From positions 1 to 25,207 of IMG/VR virus record IMGVR_UViG_3300042554_003005: a stretch of DNA of 25,207 nt. The stretch is one strand, 5' to 3'. Position numbers and translations under genes: made by a program. Under the pieces are notes generated by a model. It was not told the DNA's origin. It was given only the letters and a program-made list of their open reading frames with translations, and did no database searches. Source of the stretch: a virus. Taxonomy: Duplodnaviria; Caudoviricetes. Numbering within the stretch: position 1 is the first letter of the stretch; each line of letters starts with the position of its first letter. Below are positions 6,872 to 16,546 of this stretch, piece by piece.

Positions 6872-7975
6872 CTATGTGACGGGAAGCAGGCGCACCGCCT
6901 GCGACATCTCGACGGCTCGCGATGTGCCCTGCCCGTGGTTGTAGATGAGCCAGTCCAACGCGGTGCCGGCCGCCGGCAGCGTGGCCGAGATGGACACGTC
7001 CAGCCCCGTGGCGCCCGTGTCGAGTCGGATGATCTTGACCGCCACCGAGCTGCCGCCGGTAGCGCCCGAGATCAGCATCATGTACGGCACATCGGCCACC
7101 GGGGAACTACCGGCGGTGCCGATGGTCTGCGATGTCCCGTCGCGCGAAGCCGGCATGAAGCCGGCATCCGTCGCCACGGTGGACCACCGGGTGCCAACGA
7201 ACTCGCCGGCCGCGGTGTCGCTGTCGCTCATGGTCGTGGAGCCGAGGCCGATCCAAAGCCGACGAGACGTGATCGACGACGGCAGCTTGAAGATCAAGGC
7301 ATAGGCGAAGCCTTGGGTACGGCTGGCGAGCCGTGCCGACACAAACCAGCCGCAGTTGGTGGTTGAGTAGCGATGGGAGTAGGCTGATGTAGATGGCGTG
7401 GTGCTCGTGCCGGCTACCGAGATCGAAAACCCATAGCCGGACGTCGCATTGTTGACGAAGCTGGCGAACGATGCCGCATATCGCCACGAGGCCAGCACCG
7501 CGGACATGCCGAACCACCCGGCGGCGTCGAGCTGGAGCAGCCCGGAGGCCGCGGGGGAGGTGGAGGCGTTGAGGGCCGCGGCGCTGCCGAGCGCCGACTC
7601 CAACGCGTACTGTGTGTGCGGGTCGCCGGCCGCCACATGAGCGGCGTCGCCGGCGGCGGCCGTGCCGACGGCGTCCGCCCCCACGCTCGCCGCTGTGGGC
7701 GCTGCTGGCGTGCCGTGGATGTGATCCTCTCGCGCGTAGTTCGTGCTCTGCCCGACCGCGGGCGTGATCCCGTAGGTCGTCTCGTCGGTCACGGAGGACG
7801 CCGGCGTCCCCGCGCCACCGCCGGACGCCCCGATCGTGAGCTCGACGTGACCATCGACCAGCGCTGAGGTGAGCGTGATGTTCTGGCCTTCGACGAGGAC
7901 CAGCTCCCGCGAGATGATGGCGCCGCCGTCGCGGATGCGGATTGAGACGGGGCGAGGGACGCGCGCGTCAGCCAC
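6872..7975 (-). CDS. Tail fibre / receptor-binding protein
   Basis: YAREDHIH and HVAAGDPHTQY motifs typical of phage fibre shafts, a beta-rich C-terminal domain, and position at the end of the tail module. Confidence 0.75.
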   Translation of the reverse strand: MADARVPRPVSIRIRDGGAIISRELVLVEGQNITLTSALVDGHVELTIGASGGGAGTPASSVTDETTYGITPAVGQSTNYAREDHIHGTPAAPTAASVGADAVGTAAAGDAAHVAAGDPHTQYALESALGSAAALNASTSPAASGLLQLDAAGWFGMSAVLASWRYAASFASFVNNATSGYGFSISVAGTSTTPSTSAYSHRYSTTNCGWFVSARLASRTQGFAYALIFKLPSSITSRRLWIGLGSTTMSDSDTAAGEFVGTRWSTVATDAGFMPASRDGTSQTIGTAGSSPVADVPYMMLISGATGGSSVAVKIIRLDTGATGLDVSISATLPAAGTALDWLIYNHGQGTSRAVEMSQAVRLLPVT

Positions 7976-9740
7976 GAGATCGCTCCTTCGCGCCCAGCAT
8001 CACGAGGCGCAGCTCGAGAGGGGCGTCGGTCCCGTAGGCGATCTCCGTGACCATGCAGACCGCCTGGTCGAGATGCACCCGGGCGTCGGTGACGGTCACG
8101 ATGGCGCCCTCCGAGATGTGCTGGCAGCGGGCCTCGTCGGCGACGAGGCGCAGGTATCGAAGGGGCAGCCCGTAGGCCGCGGCGTACCAACCGGCGATCG
8201 CGGTGACGGTGGCGTCCCGCCCCACCACCGGCAGGTCGAGGTCCTTGTGCAGCACCAGCGGCTGGCCGCTCAGGTCGCGCAGGCGCTGCTGGGATCGCCG
8301 GAAGGCCGGCTCGGGAATTCGGTCGGCCCGGTCGGCGTCGTAGCGGTCGCCGCCGAAGGTGAGCGTCGCCGAGCTGGACCCGCTGCGAGCCGAGCGGGCG
8401 TACTTGATCGTGACCTCGTTGCACATCTGGGAGGTCTCGGTCTCGATGCCTCCGAGTCGGTCGACGTCGGTCTGCAGGTCGAGGTTGAAGTGCTCGACGG
8501 CGTCGGCAGCGGTGGCGTCGAATCGCCAGACCACCGGGTACACGCCGAGCGGGCCCGTCACCAGCGAGACCGGCAGGATGGGCAGGAGCTGAGCCCGCAC
8601 GAAGTCCCATACGTTGCAGGTCTCGTCGATCGCGAAGTCGAGGCGATACACGGAGAGTAGTTGCTTCGCCGCGGCGAACATGCCCGCGTCGACCGGCAGC
8701 CCCATCCGGCGAACGAGGTACTCGATGACCGACCCTGCATCGCCGTCGAGCCCGCCGCGGCTGAGGTCCTCATCGTCCGCCCACGCGACGAAGAGCTCCG
8801 GTGTGTTGTCGCCGCTCACCACCTCGTTCACGGTCAGGCTGGCGTCGCCCATCGCCGACGTCGTCGCGCCGTCGAAGTCGGTGACCGCGCAGTAGTAGTC
8901 CATGTACGCGGCATCGAAGTCGTCGTCCGGGGCCCCGTCGACGTCGGCGTCGTAGAACCAGGGGACAAAGGCGATCGGCTGGCCGAGGTCGTCGAAGCCG
9001 TTCCGAAGGAACACCCGAGAGACCATGCCGTCTGCGTTGTAGAGGTAGCAGCGCTCCGCGGACACGTGGTGCCCCGCGACCAGCACCCGAACGTTGCTGT
9101 AGTCGGAGCTGGGCGAAGGCATCGCGACGTAGCGCTGGTCGATCCAGCGCGCCTTCGTCGCGGCCTGCCGCTCGGTGGCGTCGACGCGAGCTGCGACCTG
9201 CCCAGGGCTCCCGAACACGACCGGGTACACCCGCCCGAGCTGCTCGGGGGCAAGCGAGGTGACCGCGCTCGCAAAGGTGTAGCCGTTGACCTCCGCGCCA
9301 GGCGGGGGCAACGAGGCCGTCGCCTCCCAGGGCGGCGCCTCGATGGTCACCGCGGTGGGCTCGTCCTCCTCGCCATAGGTCGGGTTGTGGACGTAGCCGT
9401 CGACGACCACGCGGCGCGACTCGTAGGTCGTGCCCTCCACCCAGCGGGAAACCCGCGCACGCGAGTAGGCCAGCGGCCAGCCGTCCTCGACGAGCTCGGC
9501 GACCGCCACCGGCCAGACCGCCTCGAAGGACAGGGACGGCGCGCTCTGGACCCCGCCGATCTCCGAGAGTGCCACGACGACATCGAGCTCGGGGAGCACG
9601 CCCGCGAAGTGCAGCTCCTCGCCGGCCGCGGTCTCGACGATGACGTCCTCGGTGGACATGCGGACGGCGACGCCGCCGAAGTACACCTCGACGAGCCAGG
9701 CGACGCGGGCGCCGGTGGGAATCTCCACGCGTCGCCCCAT
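7968..9740 (-). CDS. Tail-tip / baseplate hub (Tal-like) protein
   Basis: 590 aa, second gene after the tape measure. YPVVFG motif and a hub-like C-terminus (GAIVTVTD..VTEI). TGATG coupling. Confidence 0.7.
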   Translation of the reverse strand: MGRRVEIPTGARVAWLVEVYFGGVAVRMSTEDVIVETAAGEELHFAGVLPELDVVVALSEIGGVQSAPSLSFEAVWPVAVAELVEDGWPLAYSRARVSRWVEGTTYESRRVVVDGYVHNPTYGEEDEPTAVTIEAPPWEATASLPPPGAEVNGYTFASAVTSLAPEQLGRVYPVVFGSPGQVAARVDATERQAATKARWIDQRYVAMPSPSSDYSNVRVLVAGHHVSAERCYLYNADGMVSRVFLRNGFDDLGQPIAFVPWFYDADVDGAPDDDFDAAYMDYYCAVTDFDGATTSAMGDASLTVNEVVSGDNTPELFVAWADDEDLSRGGLDGDAGSVIEYLVRRMGLPVDAGMFAAAKQLLSVYRLDFAIDETCNVWDFVRAQLLPILPVSLVTGPLGVYPVVWRFDATAADAVEHFNLDLQTDVDRLGGIETETSQMCNEVTIKYARSARSGSSSATLTFGGDRYDADRADRIPEPAFRRSQQRLRDLSGQPLVLHKDLDLPVVGRDATVTAIAGWYAAAYGLPLRYLRLVADEARCQHISEGAIVTVTDARVHLDQAVCMVTEIAYGTDAPLELRLVMLGAKERSRG

Positions 9741-12700
9741 CAGAGCTCCTCCTCGATGCGGAGCACGGAGCCGCGCCAGGTGTCGCCGTCGAGGTCCTCA
9801 CCGTGAACGTGGTCGAGCCGGACCGACTCGGACATCAGCCGCCCGTAGAGCATCTGGGTCGGGTGTACAAGGGTCTGCTGCGACCCCGAGGCGGATAGCG
9901 ACGGTAGGTAGACGGCCGGGGTCACCGCGCCGTCGAGGAAGTGCACGAGCCCATGCAGCGACCCGGGCTGGTCGGCCGGAATGCCCCATGCTGCGCCGGT
10001 TCCATCCGCGATGAAGTCCGCTGCCGGCGACGTGCCGGCGATCGGCTTCGTGTACATGGCCGAGGTGAAGGGCAGGTCAACGGAGCGGCGCGCGGCCCCC
10101 CGACGCGTCACCCGGCGAGCTCCGCGGCGGCTCTCGGTGACAGCCTGCTGGGGAGCCACCTCGAGGGCCCGCCCGTAGTCGTAGGGGTGGGCAAATAGGA
10201 ACGCCGGGCCGAGCACGGCGGTGCCGATCTCGAAGTAGCCCTCGGCGGTGGACTGTGCCGGGATGACCAGCTTGAACTGGTAGTACGCGCTGTCACCACC
10301 ACCCGGAATGATCACGGTGATGTCGCGCGCGAGGATGGCGCCGCCCGATCCACTCGACGGAGCGCCGTCGACGTCGTCGATGACGATGCGGGTCTGCATC
10401 GTCCCGGACTGCCAGCTCCCCGCGCTGCTCTGTGTGATGAGTCGGATGTCCGAGGTGTCGAAGTCGAAGCGCGCGCCGACCAGCTCGTGCAGCGCGAAGT
10501 GCCGCGACGCGCCCGAGGCCCCCGGCAGCACCATCTTCCCGGAGCGGGTGTACGTCAGGTTCGCCTGGCCGTAGGAGGTGTCGAGGGTGGCCAGCGAGAC
10601 CCACGTCCCCAGCGTGTTGCGTCCGTACAGCGTGGCAGAGCGGAAGTTCACGCGGCCCAAGAAGAGGCCGATCACCGGGGAGAGCTGGCGCATCGCTGAG
10701 GCCGAGCTCGCACCGAAGGACCAGGTGATGGTCTGCTCGGTCTCGTCGGTGCTCCGCCAGCGGACCTCGGGGGACGGCTGCGTCGAGGGGTCGATGTTCC
10801 CGATCGCGAAGGTGTACCGCGGCTCGATCGCCCAGGTCTCATCGCGGAAGGTCGGCCCGCCAACTGCGGCGACCCGAAGGCCCTGGACGACCGCAGTCGG
10901 ACGCAGCGAGTAGGCCCGGCCGAGCAGGTCGTCAGGGTTCTCGGGGGCCTCAGCCCACCGCGCGAAGCCGGTGAGGTTGCCAGAGGAGTAGCAGGCGATC
11001 CGGAAGTTCGCGACACAGTCCGCGTTGCCGCTCGACGTGCCCCACTGGACGCGCGACGTCGTCGCGCTGCCCTTCGACATCGTGACCTGCACCTCCATGC
11101 GGGTCCACTCCCGGTCCTCGCCGAGGCCGCGGGGGCGGAACCAGGCCACCGCGGTCCCGTTGTCCGCCGGGGTGTCGGCGTTGTTCAGGCCGATGGCGAC
11201 CTGCACCCCGGTCGCGAGATCGGTGGTGGCGACGGTGTCCTCGTCGACCGCGGCGACCACGTCGCGCAGCGTGATCGCCGCGTCGCCGACGGTGACCTTC
11301 ACCTCGTAGGAATCGGCGCCGTCCGAGATGCGGAGGCTGATGAAGACGTCGCCGTCGACGGCGTCGACATCGAGGAGCGCGGCGAGGCCGTCCGGCAGGG
11401 TGGTCGTCGGTTCCGCGTACCAGCTCGCCGTCGAGGCCGCGCTCCCGGCGTGGTCGACGCTCATCCCGGTCGAGCCGATCGACACCGCCGCAGACCCCGA
11501 GATGACCGCGGTGTACGGCGACGCGCCCGTCTCCGGCATGTCCGCCGCCAGCCAGGTGTAGGCCCAGCCGCATTGTGCCCTGTACGTGAGGCTGGTCGCG
11601 TCGTAGAGCGGCGTCGTGAGCGTCGTGTAGCCGCCAAGCGCGGTCATGCAGAGCGAGTAGGGGGCCTGCCCGTAGCCGCTGCCGAGCGTCGCGAACGCAT
11701 GAAGGAGCAGCGTGCGCCCGCGGTGGCTGACCGCGCAGAAGTCGCGGATGTAGAAGCTCGACGAGTCGAGCCGCCACCAGTTTGCGCCGGTGCCCGTGCC
11801 ATCCCCGTGGCCGACGCTCAGCCAGGTGGCGCCACCGTCGCGGCTCGACAGGGTGTAGCCGGCGTATTGATCGTCGGAATCGCGACCTGCCATGAAGAGG
11901 ACGCCGTCGTCGTCGACCCAGAGCGCGAGGTCGCCGCCGGTGAAGCTGCCGCCGCTCACCGTGCCGAACCGCGCAGAGCCCGCATCGTCGACGATCACCT
12001 TCGCCGCCGCGGTGAGGGTGTCGTAGGGCGACCCGAGCACCGCCACCCGCGGGAGCACGGTGGGCGTCTCGGCCGCGTCGTACTCCAGCCAGGCCACCAC
12101 GAACGAGCCGTTCAGGACGACGATCTCGGGGAAGTCGCAGATGTCGTCGACGTACTCGTCGACCTCCTCGAAGGTCGCGCCGCCGTCGTCGCTGGCGAAC
12201 TGGTAGATACGGTCCTCGACCGCGGCGAGGAGCAGCATCCGGCCGCGGCTGTACGCGGCGCGGAGGCGGCCGGGGGTGTCGGGCGCGGTGTCGACGGTGG
12301 AGAGCAGGCACTCCTCCTGCCCGACCTGCCACGTGAGGCCCCGATCGTCCGAGTAGGACATCCCGACCTGATGCTCGTCGCCCGAGGCCTCGCGCCAGTA
12401 CAGCGCGACGAGGCGATCCCGCTCGGGAATGTAGACGATCGTCGGGTGGCTGCTGTTGCCGCTCGTGAATGCATCGGCCGGCGTGTAGACGTCGGCCATC
12501 GACCAGGTCCCGTCGGTCTCGCGACGCCAGGCCTTCGTGTGCTGCTCGTCGAAGCAGGCCACCACGACGACGACGTCGTCGGGCAGGACAACGGCGTGCG
12601 GGTTTCGCCAGGCGGCAGGAGAGGTGCTGGCGTCGTAGTCGATGTACTCGAAGTGGGTCGGCGCGATCGGACCGTCCCAGCCTCGCCACTCGTTCCCGGG

Positions 12701-12943
12701 GGTGCCGTAGCGCCAGCAGAACGTCGCGCCGAGGGGCTCGGGGTGGCCGGCGCGCAGGGTCTGCACGCGGACCTCTTCGGTGAGCGTCGTGGTGCCGCTG
12801 GTATCCAGAGCCATCCCGCTCTCGCGGTCGCAGACGGCGCGGCCAGGGAGCGGGCCGGCCTCGCTGGTCGCGGTGAGCTCGTCGGCGCCGAGGCCCGGGG
12901 CCTGCACGAGGATGGCCTGGTTGTTCGCGCGCGTGGTGGGCAT
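9740..12943 (-). CDS. Large tail-tip protein with Asp-box (BNR) repeats, in the Dit position
   Basis: 1067 aa directly after the tape measure. GGAG RBS. Asp-boxes SDDRGLTW, SDDGGATF and SRDGGATW. Confidence 0.75.
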   Translation of the reverse strand: MPTTRANNQAILVQAPGLGADELTATSEAGPLPGRAVCDRESGMALDTSGTTTLTEEVRVQTLRAGHPEPLGATFCWRYGTPGNEWRGWDGPIAPTHFEYIDYDASTSPAAWRNPHAVVLPDDVVVVVACFDEQHTKAWRRETDGTWSMADVYTPADAFTSGNSSHPTIVYIPERDRLVALYWREASGDEHQVGMSYSDDRGLTWQVGQEECLLSTVDTAPDTPGRLRAAYSRGRMLLLAAVEDRIYQFASDDGGATFEEVDEYVDDICDFPEIVVLNGSFVVAWLEYDAAETPTVLPRVAVLGSPYDTLTAAAKVIVDDAGSARFGTVSGGSFTGGDLALWVDDDGVLFMAGRDSDDQYAGYTLSSRDGGATWLSVGHGDGTGTGANWWRLDSSSFYIRDFCAVSHRGRTLLLHAFATLGSGYGQAPYSLCMTALGGYTTLTTPLYDATSLTYRAQCGWAYTWLAADMPETGASPYTAVISGSAAVSIGSTGMSVDHAGSAASTASWYAEPTTTLPDGLAALLDVDAVDGDVFISLRISDGADSYEVKVTVGDAAITLRDVVAAVDEDTVATTDLATGVQVAIGLNNADTPADNGTAVAWFRPRGLGEDREWTRMEVQVTMSKGSATTSRVQWGTSSGNADCVANFRIACYSSGNLTGFARWAEAPENPDDLLGRAYSLRPTAVVQGLRVAAVGGPTFRDETWAIEPRYTFAIGNIDPSTQPSPEVRWRSTDETEQTITWSFGASSASAMRQLSPVIGLFLGRVNFRSATLYGRNTLGTWVSLATLDTSYGQANLTYTRSGKMVLPGASGASRHFALHELVGARFDFDTSDIRLITQSSAGSWQSGTMQTRIVIDDVDGAPSSGSGGAILARDITVIIPGGGDSAYYQFKLVIPAQSTAEGYFEIGTAVLGPAFLFAHPYDYGRALEVAPQQAVTESRRGARRVTRRGAARRSVDLPFTSAMYTKPIAGTSPAADFIADGTGAAWGIPADQPGSLHGLVHFLDGAVTPAVYLPSLSASGSQQTLVHPTQMLYGRLMSESVRLDHVHGEDLDGDTWRGSVLRIEEEL

Positions 12944-12948
12944 CTCTC

Positions 12949-14850
12949 CTACTCCATCCCGACGGCGCCGAAACGCTTGTTGATCGCCTGGCTCACGGGG
13001 TCGTTGCGGCGAAGGCCGTCATCCTTGTACCGGGCGGCCACGCGGCTGTGCTGGTACTGCGTGACCACGTACATGGGCGTCGACCGCGGCGAGACGCCGG
13101 CGTTCGCGCGGTTCAGGTCCCCATCAGAGCCTAGCGTCTGGCGGCCCGTCGGTGTGAGCATGAACTCGTTGCGGCGGGCGGTGACCGGGACCTCGTCGGG
13201 CGCGCGGACCTCGCCGCCCTTGTGCAGCGTGAGCTGGGTGCCGGCGATCGCCCCGATGGATGCGGCACCGGCGGCGCCGGCGGCAATGCTGGCGGCAATG
13301 CCGGCCGGGCCCGGGTTCGTGGCGAGCTGGTTGATCACCGCGAGCGCAGTGGCGGCGGTGGCCTCGGCGGCCTTCAGCCCCTTCGAAAGGTTGAACTGTT
13401 CGATCGCTGCGGCCTTCGCGGCTGCGGCGCGTTCGCGGAGCTGCTCCTTCTGGGCGTCGGTGAGGTGCTCCTCGCTGGCGGCGAGCTGCTCCTCGAGGCT
13501 GCGGGCGGTCGCGGCGGCCTGCTCGGACGCGCTGCCGGCTGCGTCGGCGCCGGCGGTGAGCGCCTGCGTTGCATAGCCCCCGATGCTGGCGACCATGTCG
13601 AAGCCGGCCTGACGGGCCTCGGCTGCGGCCTGCCGGGCGCGCTCCGCCACCCTCGCCGCAGCTGCGTCGCGAAGCGCGTCGACCTTCTCGGTGTAGGTCA
13701 GCTCGACCTGGTACTCGGCTTCGGCGCGGTCCTTGGCGATCCCCTCGCGTTCCTCGCTGGTCGCGTTTGCGGACGCGACCTTCGCGGCGAGGCCGATCCG
13801 AACGAGCGCGGCCTCGCGCTCAAAGCTGAGCCGCCCCTCGGCGGATGCGCGCGCCTGCGACTGAGAGGCGGCCTCCTCCCGAATGGTGGTCAGCCCGTCC
13901 CGATACAGGTCGCGCCGCTCCTTCGCCAGGGCGATGATCTCGGCGAGGCTTTCCTTCTCCTGCTTCGCTGCCGCCACAGCGCCGCCGCCCCCGGCCTTGA
14001 TGCCTTCGGTCTTCGCAAGGACCCCGGCCATCTCGTCGCGCAGCCGGATGGACTTCTGCAGCTCGCGGTTCGCCTGGAACATCGCAGCAGCAGCGTCTCG
14101 CTCGAGCTTCGCCATGAACGGCGTCACCGTCGTGGCCTGGCTGTTTCGCTTCTTCTCGAAGTCGTAGCGCTCCTCAGCGATGCGGAGCACCTCACGCTGG
14201 GCGGCGATCGTGGCCTCCCAGCTCGCCGCCGCGGTGCGCTCGGTCTCGGTAGCGAGGAGCTGCTCCTTCGCTGCGGCGTCACCGGTTGCGGCGGCCAGCT
14301 CGAGTCGGGCCTTCTTGAGCGCGGTGGTGCTCTCCTGCATCGATGTGGCGATGCTGGCCCGAGCGGCGGCGGCGGCCTCCGCGGCGTCCTGCTCGCGCTT
14401 GAGCAGGGTGTAGGTGGCGGCGAGGCCGGCAACCGCGACGCCGACCACCCCAGCAGAGATGGCCAGCCCGCGCAGGCTCACACCGAGCGCGGCCGACGCG
14501 TCCGCTGCGACCTCGCCGGCGTCGCCAAGGTCGTTCGCGACGCGAGCGACTGCCGCCAGCCGAGGGTCGACGAGCTCGAGCACTCCCGCCAGCTTGGTTC
14601 CGGTCTGCCCGAACTTGCCCGCGGCGTCGCCGGCCCGCTTGTACTCGTCGCCAAGCTTGGTGACCTCGTCGCGGGCAGCCTTCGCGGCCTTTGCCGCAGC
14701 CTTCTGTGCCGCTTCGGCGGCCTTCACGCTCTTGTTGAGCTGGGCGACCATGTTCTTGGCCTGCTCGCTCGTGATGTCGCCGGACTTTTCGAGCTGGGCG
14801 CGCAGGGCCTGCAGCTCGACCTTGATTCCGATCGCTGCTTCGTTCGACAT
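12949..14850 (-). CDS. Tail tape measure protein
   Basis: 633 aa, Ala-rich and helical, with hydrophobic segments and a C-terminal LHKGG..E..EF motif. Follows the tail chaperone region. Confidence 0.85.
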   Translation of the reverse strand: MSNEAAIGIKVELQALRAQLEKSGDITSEQAKNMVAQLNKSVKAAEAAQKAAAKAAKAARDEVTKLGDEYKRAGDAAGKFGQTGTKLAGVLELVDPRLAAVARVANDLGDAGEVAADASAALGVSLRGLAISAGVVGVAVAGLAATYTLLKREQDAAEAAAAARASIATSMQESTTALKKARLELAAATGDAAAKEQLLATETERTAAASWEATIAAQREVLRIAEERYDFEKKRNSQATTVTPFMAKLERDAAAAMFQANRELQKSIRLRDEMAGVLAKTEGIKAGGGGAVAAAKQEKESLAEIIALAKERRDLYRDGLTTIREEAASQSQARASAEGRLSFEREAALVRIGLAAKVASANATSEEREGIAKDRAEAEYQVELTYTEKVDALRDAAAARVAERARQAAAEARQAGFDMVASIGGYATQALTAGADAAGSASEQAAATARSLEEQLAASEEHLTDAQKEQLRERAAAAKAAAIEQFNLSKGLKAAEATAATALAVINQLATNPGPAGIAASIAAGAAGAASIGAIAGTQLTLHKGGEVRAPDEVPVTARRNEFMLTPTGRQTLGSDGDLNRANAGVSPRSTPMYVVTQYQHSRVAARYKDDGLRRNDPVSQAINKRFGAVGME

Positions 14851-15404
14851 CAGCCCCCCCCGTGCCGAGCGACGATGCGCTCACCGAGCTGGGCGGTGAT
14901 CTTCGGCACCCGCGCGAGCAGTGGCTTCCGCACCAGCATCAGGAAGAGCGGCTGGCCGTCCGATGCGCCCTTGTTCGGCTTGAGCGCGTAGAAGTGGCCA
15001 TCGTCGCGAGACTTCCACGCATCGCGCGGCTTCGGGCCCTTCTTGATGCGCCCGTATTCCTCGCGGCTGACGCGGACCTTCACCCGCGAGAGCGGCATCG
15101 GCTGATGCACCATCGCGGCGACGGGCTTCCCGCCCTGGATGCGGGTGTCCCGGCTTCGGACCCCTACGACGACGCTGCCGTCCGAGTTGAACGTCGTGAC
15201 CGTCTCAAGGTCGCCCGACTTCCCGGTCTCGCGCTCGACCTCCTTGTACCACCTGGCCTTGGCCGCGAGCATCACCTCGGTAGCCTCGGCCTCGAGGAGC
15301 TCGACGGTCGCAGCCTCGGCCGCGTCGAGAAGCGAGCGCGTCCACTCGGCGAGCCCGTCGTCGAGGGTGACGGTGACCTTTCCGCTCTTGTACCGGGTGG
15401 CCAC
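14850..15404 (-). CDS. Putative HK97-gp10-like neck/tail component
   Basis: AAGGAGG RBS and GTG start. Helix followed by ERETGK (resembles the family PVDTG motif) and a QPLF C-terminal motif. Confidence 0.5.
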   Translation of the reverse strand: MATRYKSGKVTVTLDDGLAEWTRSLLDAAEAATVELLEAEATEVMLAAKARWYKEVERETGKSGDLETVTTFNSDGSVVVGVRSRDTRIQGGKPVAAMVHQPMPLSRVKVRVSREEYGRIKKGPKPRDAWKSRDDGHFYALKPNKGASDGQPLFLMLVRKPLLARVPKITAQLGERIVARHGGG

Positions 15405-15405
15405 C

Positions 15406-15560
15406 TCAAACCTCCTTGAGCTCGTGCAGGGCCAGCGTGATGGCCTGGTCTTCCGGGGACAGAGAATGGAACCAGCCCGGGGCGTGCCCCAGGCGCAGAC
15501 TCAAGGCGAACCCTCGGCGGTCCCAGCGGGCGGCGGGGTCGTCCCCGCTGAGGCTTTTCG
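15406..15560 (-). CDS. -1 frameshift extension of the tail assembly chaperone (gpGT-like C-terminus)
   Basis: The -1 frame is open from the CGA AAA G site to TGA at 15408-15406, next to the following gene's start. Encodes SLSGDDPAARWDRRGFALSLRLGHAPGWFHSLSPEDQAITLALHELKEV. Confidence 0.65.
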
Positions 15561-15980
15561 CGCGGTGTCGGTGGCCTCCTGGAGGGCGTACCACTCGCTC
15601 CGCGCATCGAAGCAGGCGCGGATCGCGACGATGCCCTGCGAGTAGACCTCGGCGTCCGCGATGAAGCGGGACGCCGAGAGCCACTCGTAGGCCTCGCCGC
15701 CGAAGTGCAGGACCGAGAACCCGCACGTCGCGAACGACTGGCCGGTCTCGCCCTGCAGCGCCTTCGCCAAACCATCGCCGCAGAGCACCAGCGCCGCAGC
15801 AGACAGCCGAAGCTGGTGCTCGTCGCCGCCGGGCTCGGCCAGCTTCGTCGACGTCGCGATGATCTGCTGCACGACGATGCGCCGGTCCGGCACGACGAGA
15901 GCGAACTCCCGCCGAACCGGCGCCGCATCGGCCGACTTGCGGCCGTGTAGGACGATGACCCTTGCGGCGGCCTCGCTCAT
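15501..15980 (-). CDS. Tail assembly chaperone (gpG-like)
   Basis: Directly after the tail tube gene (ATGA overlap), 159 aa, with an A-run slippery site near the 3' end. Confidence 0.7.
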   Translation of the reverse strand: MSEAAARVIVLHGRKSADAAPVRREFALVVPDRRIVVQQIIATSTKLAEPGGDEHQLRLSAAALVLCGDGLAKALQGETGQSFATCGFSVLHFGGEAYEWLSASRFIADAEVYSQGIVAIRACFDARSEWYALQEATDTARKASAGTTPPPAGTAEGSP

Positions 15981-16513
15981 GCCACCGTCATCCAGTCGGT
16001 CTCGGTGGTGCCGATCATGTAGCAGTGCAGGGTAAGCTCGGCGGTCATCGCCTCGTCGTCGGCGCTGCCTTCAGCGATGGTCAGCTCGGGCCGAGCGTAG
16101 TTATACTCCACATACTGGCTGGAGAAATGCGACGGGTCCGCGGTGAACTTCGCCTTGTAGGCGTACGTCTCGCCGCCACCGTTCGCGCTCGGAAGCGTCG
16201 AGACGAGCGCCGAGCCGGCGTTCTTCCGGCGGACCCAGTCGAGGATGTTGTGGTCGGTCGCGTGCATCAGTGCGCTGACGCGGACCTTGCACTTGATGAG
16301 CTTCTTCGTCATCACACCAGACGGGACCACCGCAATCACCGTGCCGCGGTTGCGGTGCTCGGCGTACTCGCGGCCGCCGCCCTCGTTGAACTCGCCGAGG
16401 TCGATCGCCTCGGTGTAGGGGACCACCATCGTGATCGGAGTCCCGGTGCCGTCGGTCAGGGTCAGGGACCCATGCTTCGGGAGGATCGGCATCGCAGCTG
16501 CCATCGTCGCCAT
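15977..16513 (-). CDS. Major tail (tube) protein
   Basis: 178 aa, beta-rich, GAGG RBS, directly before the frameshifting chaperone. Confidence 0.65.
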   Translation of the reverse strand: MATMAAAMPILPKHGSLTLTDGTGTPITMVVPYTEAIDLGEFNEGGGREYAEHRNRGTVIAVVPSGVMTKKLIKCKVRVSALMHATDHNILDWVRRKNAGSALVSTLPSANGGGETYAYKAKFTADPSHFSSQYVEYNYARPELTIAEGSADDEAMTAELTLHCYMIGTTETDWMTVA

Positions 16514-16546
16514 GTTGCGCCTCGCTCAGTCGGAAGGGGTTGATGA

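Noticed and set aside
6872-7100. Diversity-generating retroelement target at the fibre C-terminus
   Set aside because: No reverse transcriptase or template-repeat copy seen in the window.
11450-14991. Long + strand ORFs (708 aa and 589 aa), and similar ones at 22793-24577, 8661-9806 and 19529-20566
   Set aside because: Antisense shadows of GC3-rich - strand genes, with Arg/Gly/Val-biased composition and no motifs.
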